Source: Actinomycetota bacterium (GTDB lineage: Bacteria > Actinomycetota > Actinomycetes > Nanopelagicales > Nanopelagicaceae). Taken from it: a stretch of 64,000 nucleotides of DNA. The DNA lies in assembly GCA_041169865.1 (NCBI GenBank), contig JBEEIL010000056.1, forward strand, positions 1,141 to 65,140. The letters are read 5' to 3'. The translations under genes and the position numbers were made by a program. Shown piece by piece: positions 58,482-64,000 of the stretch. Positions within the stretch are counted from its first letter, which is position 1. Every line of letters starts with the position of its first letter. A model generated the notes under the pieces. That model saw nothing but the letters and a program-made list of their open reading frames with translations, had not been told where the DNA came from and did not search any database.

Positions 58482-59855
58482 GTGGAATCGCTGCAAGGCA
58501 AGAAGATCCACTTTATTGGAATCGGTGGTTCCGGTATGAGCGGTCTTGCTCGGATAGCCCTCTCCGATGGAATCACTGTCAGTGGCTCTGATTCCAAAGA
58601 TTCATCAGTTCTCTCCGCTCTCATTGCACTTGGGGCAACCGTTTACACATCTCACGAAGCTGCGAATGTTGACGGCGCAGATGTCGTTATCTATTCGACT
58701 GCGATTCCAGCGTCCAATCCAGAAATGGCATATGCGATTGAACGTTCCATCCCGATCCTTACTCGCGCGCAAGCGCTAGCTTTGCTAATGAAGGGATCTC
58801 GCAGTATCGCTGTCGCTGGAACTCATGGGAAAACAACGACTTCATCAATGTTGACAGTCGCTCTACAGGCTTGTGGAGCGGATCCCTCTTTTGCAATTGG
58901 CGGAACGTTGATGGCTTCAGGAAGTAATGCTCATCGAGGTACGGGAGATTTCTTCGTTGCAGAAGCTGACGAATCTGATGGTTCTTTCGTGGAGTACAAG
59001 CCCCTTGCTGCAATCGTGACCAATATCGAACATGATCACGTGGATTTCTTTCACACGCCTGAGGCAGTGACTGAGGTATTCGATTCCTTTGCAGCCACCA
59101 TTTCACCAGAAGGTTTTCTTGTTTATTGCGCAGATGATGCAGGCGCTAGACGCCTCGGTGAGTCCAATCTCGCTTGTAAGACAATTTCTTATGGAACATC
59201 TGAAGGTGTTGACTTAGCTCTCGATCAGATTTCTCTGCAGGCGATGGGCGCTTCTGCCCGTGTTATGTGGAAAGGTCGCGCCGTTGGTTCGCTGGAATTG
59301 AAGGTGCCAGGTAAACATAATCTTCTGAATGCCGCAGCCTGTTTAGCCATGGGTATGGCTCTGCAACTACCAATACATCAGCTCCTCGAAGGCCTCCACC
59401 ACTTTAGAGGGGCAGGGCGTAGGTTCGAACTTAAAGCTACAGTGCATGGAATTCGAATCATTGATGACTACGGCCATCACCCTACAGAAATTCGCGTGAC
59501 GCTAGAAGCCGCACGTCGTTATGCAGGCGATGGAAGAGTGCTTGTCATTTTTCAACCACACCGTTACTCACGTACTCAAGCCTTCCTGGATGAATTTGCT
59601 ACAGCGCTGGATTCAGCAGATGACGTGACCTTGCTAGAAATCTACGCAGCAAGTGAGAAACCAATTCACGGAATCACATCCGAACTTATAGCTGCAAAAA
59701 TGGAACGAGGTTGCTATCTGCCGAATTTCGTCCAAGCAGCAGATCGAGTCATTGAGTTAGCGCGTCCTGGTGATGTTGTCATAACTCTCGGCGCTGGGGA
59801 TGTTAATTCTCTCGCACCGATAATTGCCGAAGGGTTGAGCCGACGCTTTGGCTAA
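58482..59855 (+). CDS. murC: UDP-MurNAc--L-Ala ligase
   Basis: GIGGSGMS, GTHGKTTT, EADESD, DDYGHHP and QPHRYSR. Confidence 0.96.
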   Translation: MESLQGKKIHFIGIGGSGMSGLARIALSDGITVSGSDSKDSSVLSALIALGATVYTSHEAANVDGADVVIYSTAIPASNPEMAYAIERSIPILTRAQALALLMKGSRSIAVAGTHGKTTTSSMLTVALQACGADPSFAIGGTLMASGSNAHRGTGDFFVAEADESDGSFVEYKPLAAIVTNIEHDHVDFFHTPEAVTEVFDSFAATISPEGFLVYCADDAGARRLGESNLACKTISYGTSEGVDLALDQISLQAMGASARVMWKGRAVGSLELKVPGKHNLLNAAACLAMGMALQLPIHQLLEGLHHFRGAGRRFELKATVHGIRIIDDYGHHPTEIRVTLEAARRYAGDGRVLVIFQPHRYSRTQAFLDEFATALDSADDVTLLEIYAASEKPIHGITSELIAAKMERGCYLPNFVQAADRVIELARPGDVVITLGAGDVNSLAPIIAEGLSRRFG

Positions 59856-60519
59856 GAAATCAACTTTTCCAATTGTAGTTTCATTTGCAATAGCTGGGTT
59901 TGGTGCACTCGCATATATATTGGCATGGTCATCCTTCTTTACAGTCTCTACCGTCTCTATCAGCGGTGCTCCTACTAGTGCAAGCAAAGCGAGTATTTCT
60001 AAAGTTGTCGATGTGCAGATTGGAGATAAGTTAGCCAGAGTCGAACCTAGAGCGATATCGTTGCGAGTCTCCGATATCGAGTGGGTAGAAGATGTGGAGA
60101 TTTCACGCAGGTGGTTCTCCGGTGAAGTTCAAGTGGCCGTCACCCCCCGAACACCAACTGCCTTCTTCAATAATCAAGTTCTTGATGCATCAGGAAAAGT
60201 CTTCTCACTCCCTGGCTTTCAAGGTAAGAATTTGCCTCGAGTGAGCGCATCAAGCCCACAATTGGGGTTGGTGGCAATTGATCTCTTTCAGAGCCTGCCC
60301 AATTCAATCAAGTCTGATGTGCTCAACTTTGCGGCCTACAACGAATCTAATTTTTCGCTGAGAATATTTCGACAGGAGCGCGAAATTCAGATTCTGTGGG
60401 GCGCAAATGACCAAAACGAGTTGAAAGCTCAGGTAATTGACGCACTTCTTGCATTGCCAGAAAATAAAAAAGTCCGGCGCATCGATGTAAGTGCTCCACA
60501 CGCACCTATCGTTAAATAG
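59848..60519 (+). CDS. ftsQ: Cell division protein FtsQ/DivIB
   Basis: TM plus POTRA plus IDVSAP.AP C-terminus; lies between murC and ftsZ. Confidence 0.85.
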   Translation: MAKKSTFPIVVSFAIAGFGALAYILAWSSFFTVSTVSISGAPTSASKASISKVVDVQIGDKLARVEPRAISLRVSDIEWVEDVEISRRWFSGEVQVAVTPRTPTAFFNNQVLDASGKVFSLPGFQGKNLPRVSASSPQLGLVAIDLFQSLPNSIKSDVLNFAAYNESNFSLRIFRQEREIQILWGANDQNELKAQVIDALLALPENKKVRRIDVSAPHAPIVK

Positions 60520-60624
60520 TTCGCCTCATTGCACTCTGTTCAAGAATTAAGAAGTAAAAAATTAGTTCGTGGCGGTCTTTGATTACAAGGACCATTGCGC
60601 ATAAGTTGCCGCAATCAAAGAGAG

Positions 60625-60661
60625 TAGAAATGTAATTCTCAAGTTGAGGTTTACAGTTCTA
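60625..60661. promoter_or_regulatory. 37-bp imperfect inverted repeat upstream of ftsZ (candidate regulator site)
   Basis: TAGAA-A-TGTAA-TT-CTCAA-G-TTGAG-GT-TTACA-G-TTCTA, ending just before the ftsZ RBS. Confidence 0.55.
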
Positions 60662-60674
60662 AAGGGGGACTCAC

Positions 60675-61805
60675 GTGGCTGCACCACAGAATTACTTAGC
60701 TGTCATCAAGGTTGTTGGAATTGGCGGCGGCGGAGTAAACGCAATCAATCGCATGATTGATGTTGGATTAAAAGGCGTTGAGTTCATTGCAATCAATACA
60801 GATGCGCAACATTTGTTAATGAGTGATGCAGATGTCAAATTAGATATCGGACGCGCATCTACAAAAGGTTTGGGCGCAGGTGCTGCTCCCGAAAAAGGTC
60901 GTCAAGCAGCAATTGATCACACTGAAGAGATTGAAGAAATCTTACGTGGCGCAGATATGGTTTTTGTTACTGCTGGCGAAGGTGGCGGTACAGGTACTGG
61001 CGGTGCACCAATCGTTGCAAAAATTGCACGTGATCTCGGTGCGCTCACGATTGGTGTTGTTACAAAGCCATTCTCTTTCGAAGGAAAAATCCGTACGCGT
61101 CAGGCAGAAGAGGGAATTGAACTTCTCCGCGAACAAGTAGACACACTCATTGTGATTCCAAATGATCGACTTCTTGCAATTTCAGATCGTGCAATTACAG
61201 CAGTTGATGCCTTTAAGAGCGCCGATCAAGTTCTCCTCTCTGGTGTTCAAGGAATTACAGAAATCATTACTCAACCTGGTTTGATTAACCTCGACTTCGC
61301 AGATGTGAAGACAGTAATGACTGATGCCGGATCGGCTCTTATGGGAATCGGATCTGCACGCGGTGAAAATAGAGCAACTCGCGCAGCGGAACTGGCAATT
61401 TCTAGCCCGCTATTGGAAGCTTCGATTGACGGGGCTATGGGTGTTCTACTCTCGGTTGCAGGCGGTTCAGACTTGGGACTCTTTGAAATCAATGAGGCGT
61501 GCGAGCTCGTTCAAGCAGCTGCTCATCCTGATGCTCGGATTATCTTTGGTACCACCATTGATGATGCCCTTGGCGACGAAGTTCGCATCACTGTGATTGC
61601 CGCTGGTTTTGCTGGCGGTGAGCCAAAGAAAGTCGAGATGCCGGTAATCAACGCTAGCACTTTGGGTGGCGTCGCTGATCCTATTCCGGCAAATGATCCG
61701 CTCTCGGTAGCGCTTGATCTTGAAAGCACTACACCTCGTAAGAGGATTACATTTGAAGAATTGGTTTCAGAAGACGAAATTGATGTACCAGACTTTATGA
61801 AATAA
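60675..61805 (+). CDS. ftsZ: Cell division protein FtsZ
   Basis: GGGTGTG tubulin motif; NLDFAD; C-terminal DVPDFMK. Confidence 0.98.
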   Translation: MAAPQNYLAVIKVVGIGGGGVNAINRMIDVGLKGVEFIAINTDAQHLLMSDADVKLDIGRASTKGLGAGAAPEKGRQAAIDHTEEIEEILRGADMVFVTAGEGGGTGTGGAPIVAKIARDLGALTIGVVTKPFSFEGKIRTRQAEEGIELLREQVDTLIVIPNDRLLAISDRAITAVDAFKSADQVLLSGVQGITEIITQPGLINLDFADVKTVMTDAGSALMGIGSARGENRATRAAELAISSPLLEASIDGAMGVLLSVAGGSDLGLFEINEACELVQAAAHPDARIIFGTTIDDALGDEVRITVIAAGFAGGEPKKVEMPVINASTLGGVADPIPANDPLSVALDLESTTPRKRITFEELVSEDEIDVPDFMK

Positions 61806-62468
61806 ATGGGGTATCGATTTACCAATCGCACCGGTGGAGTAAGCACCGGTGCGTTTTCTTCTCTCAATTTAGCTCTGCACGTTGGAGATGACCCAAAAGA
61901 TGTCAATCAGAATCGTGCCCTGCTTGCACGTGAGATGGGCGAGCATCAATACATGAATCAAGTTCATGGCAATCGCACGATGATCATTGAGACCGTATCC
62001 GAAGAGGCTCCCACTGCTGATGCGCTTGTGACTGGAATTCCTGGAGTACCTATTGCAGTGATGGTGGCGGATTGCATTCCGCTTCTACTCTCATCTGATG
62101 TTGCAGTTGCTGCTGTGCATGTTGGGCGAAGAGGGCTGATGAATTCGGTGGCGCTCAATGCGCTGGTTGCCATGCGTGAGATTGGCGCTCAAAAAGTCTC
62201 GGCGATTATCGGCCCCTCTATCTGTGGCCGCTGCTATGAAGTATCTGAAGAGATATTTCAAGAAGTTTCCACGGCATTTCCTCTAGCTGCTTCGATAACA
62301 GAAACAGGTTCTCGCGCTCTGGATTTACCCAGAGCGCTGAGCGCAGTTCTCATCGCTGAAGGTGTTGAGGTCATTGATGAGCATTCATGCACAGCAGAAG
62401 ATGAGGATCTATTTTCATACCGTCGTGATGGAGTGACCGGTCGACAGGCAGGGATAATCTGGTTATGA
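61806..62468 (+). CDS. pgeF: PgeF/YfiH purine nucleoside phosphorylase-like protein
   Basis: MNQVHG, ADCIP, H.G, GPSIC..CYEV and FSYRR. Confidence 0.92.
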   Translation: MGYRFTNRTGGVSTGAFSSLNLALHVGDDPKDVNQNRALLAREMGEHQYMNQVHGNRTMIIETVSEEAPTADALVTGIPGVPIAVMVADCIPLLLSSDVAVAAVHVGRRGLMNSVALNALVAMREIGAQKVSAIIGPSICGRCYEVSEEIFQEVSTAFPLAASITETGSRALDLPRALSAVLIAEGVEVIDEHSCTAEDEDLFSYRRDGVTGRQAGIIWL

Positions 62469-63106
62469 GCCGCAGCGAAGAGTTGGCTGAGAATCTTCGG
62501 GCCGTACAGAGCCGGATTCCTTCACATGTAACCCTGATTGTTGTCACAAAAACTTATCCCGTCAGCGATGTTCTTATTCTTAAAGAGCTAGGGGTTGAGA
62601 ACTTCGGTGAGAATCGCACCGAAGAAGGTGAAGAAAAAGCTGCGGCCGTGCCTGCAATCTGGCATTTCCAAGGAGGCATACAGAGCCGCAAAATTAAAGA
62701 TATTGTGAAATGGGCTGATGTCATTCATTCACTAGATAGCGCTGATCATGCTCAGAAATTAGGGCAGCGTGCGCTACGGCCGTTAGAAGTATTTGCGCAA
62801 CTATCTCTTGATGGAGACCCAGATAGAGGGGGAGTTGTTGAATCAGAATTGTCTGCACTTGCGGCGGCGATTTCTTCTGAACCCCAGCTTATTTTGAAGG
62901 GGTTGATGTGCGTTCCACCGGTACATTCTGATCCCATCGAATCCTTTGCAAAGATACAGAAGGTTCACCAGAGATTTTTACAGGAATTTCCTAAGGCGCA
63001 ATCACTCTCTGCGGGGATGTCGGGGGACTTTGAAGTGGCTATCGACCATGGTGCGACACATATCCGGGTAGGTAGTTCAATCCTCGGCTCTCGCACCTAC
63101 CGCTAG
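62465..63106 (+). CDS. yggS: PLP homeostasis protein YggS
   Basis: VTKT, FGEN, WHFQG, GLM, SAGMSGD and RVGS. Confidence 0.93.
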   Translation: MSRSEELAENLRAVQSRIPSHVTLIVVTKTYPVSDVLILKELGVENFGENRTEEGEEKAAAVPAIWHFQGGIQSRKIKDIVKWADVIHSLDSADHAQKLGQRALRPLEVFAQLSLDGDPDRGGVVESELSALAAAISSEPQLILKGLMCVPPVHSDPIESFAKIQKVHQRFLQEFPKAQSLSAGMSGDFEVAIDHGATHIRVGSSILGSRTYR

Positions 63107-63119
63107 TAATCTAGGACTT

Positions 63120-63590
63120 ATGTCAGCACTCAATAAAATGATGGGCTTCCTTGGTCTCGTCGATACCGATGAAGAGGCCGCCGTTGCACAGACACCTGCG
63201 CGCACTCCAGCAACTCGCGCAACTCGTGATCGCAGCGGAGTGACAGTTCTAGGTTCACACTCAACACCAGCTGTTGCAGCTCCCACACAACCTGCACTTC
63301 TTGAGGATTCATCTTCATACAACATCATCACTTTGCAGCCTCGTTCTTATTCTGAAGCGCGCAAGGTCGGTGAGTACTACCGTGAAGGAAATCCAGTCAT
63401 TATCAACCTTGATGACATGGAAGAAGGAGAACGTAAGCGTTTAGTGGACTTCGCCAGCGGTTTGGTCTTTGGTCTACATGGCCGAATTGAAAGAATTAGC
63501 TTAAAGGTGTTCTTACTTTCGCCAGCAAATGTCAATGTAAGTAATGAAGATAAGACCGCCGCACAGGCTTCATTCTTCAACCAGAGTTGA
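63120..63590 (+). CDS. sepF: Cell division protein SepF
   Basis: PRSYSEA, PVIINL, RLVDFASGL and VFLLSP. Confidence 0.93.
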   Translation: MSALNKMMGFLGLVDTDEEAAVAQTPARTPATRATRDRSGVTVLGSHSTPAVAAPTQPALLEDSSSYNIITLQPRSYSEARKVGEYYREGNPVIINLDDMEEGERKRLVDFASGLVFGLHGRIERISLKVFLLSPANVNVSNEDKTAAQASFFNQS

Positions 63591-63598
63591 TTAACTAG

Positions 63599-63880
63599 AT
63601 GCTCGAATCAGTCCTCGTCCAACTCATCGGACTCTTTAAGTTAGCTCTCTTCGCGCGAATCATTATCGATTATGTACGGATGTTTGCGCGAAACTGGCGC
63701 CCAAATTCTTTCTTACTGGCAGTCTTTGAAATTGTTTATTCAATTACTGATAGACCAATGAGATATGTCCAGCGCTTTGTTCCACCACTTCGCATTGGTG
63801 GGGTTGCGCTAGATCTCTCATTCATCGTTCTGCTCATTGCAGCCAATATTGCTCAGGCCGCTATTCGCATTATTCTCTAG
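63599..63880 (+). CDS. YggT family membrane protein (YlmG/SepG)
   Basis: ITDRP...PPLRIGG.ALDLS; follows sepF. Confidence 0.9.
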   Translation: MLESVLVQLIGLFKLALFARIIIDYVRMFARNWRPNSFLLAVFEIVYSITDRPMRYVQRFVPPLRIGGVALDLSFIVLLIAANIAQAAIRIIL

Positions 63881-64000
63881 CTACTTTTCTCTAGAGATAC
63901 TCCAACGCCCAACTCATTTTCTTCTGCGCCAACATTGGCATCGTATTCAAACGAGATAGCCAGCACTTCCTCTGAAATATGAGTTGTTGCGCCGCGGATC
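63877..64000 (-). CDS. ileS: C-terminal end of a gene entering from the right, probably isoleucine--tRNA ligase
   Basis: Manual translation ...IRGATTHISEEVLAISFEYDANVGAEENELGVGVSLEKSS* resembles the type-2 IleRS C-terminus (H I xxEVLA). ileS commonly lies near the dcw end. Only 40 aa are visible. Confidence 0.55.
   Translation of the reverse strand, partial: IRGATTHISEEVLAISFEYDANVGAEENELGVGVSLEKSS

Overview
Gene-dense, roughly 48-50% GC (estimated by eye) actinobacterial chromosome segment with very short intergenic spaces. Gene content and streamlining are most consistent with a freshwater acI / Nanopelagicales (Ca. Planktophila-like) genome, which is an inference. In order it contains: the 5' part of a type II topoisomerase A subunit (ParC/GyrA), pseudouridine catabolism (psuG + PfkB kinase), sepH, rplS-lepB-rnhB, yraN-comM-dprA, era, uppP, glycogen genes, an FeS-BCP (6-4) photolyase, xylB, pfkA, a class II DAHP synthase, repair genes (ogt, nfo) and a PASTA Ser/Thr kinase. 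Next come a TPP-like riboswitch controlling a PnuC transporter and a nucleoside-kinase-like gene, a split carotenoid cluster (crtE-crtI-crtB; crtA-cruF-GT2-crtD-like), an aquaporin-arsC pair and a LexA-boxed DUF6504-dnaE2-dinB cassette. The window ends with the dcw cluster (mraZ to yggT) and the 3' end of a probable ileS. No mobile elements, CRISPR arrays, tRNAs or rRNAs were seen. Most notable observations: (1) a TPP-riboswitch variant whose pyrophosphate-sensing loop is altered and apparently zipped shut, upstream of pnuC plus a kinase; (2) a mutasome-like SOS operon without ImuA/ImuB, with a stand-alone ImuB-C-like protein, a catalytically intact DinB and a clamp-motif-bearing DnaE2; (3) pervasive leaderless and back-to-back promoters.
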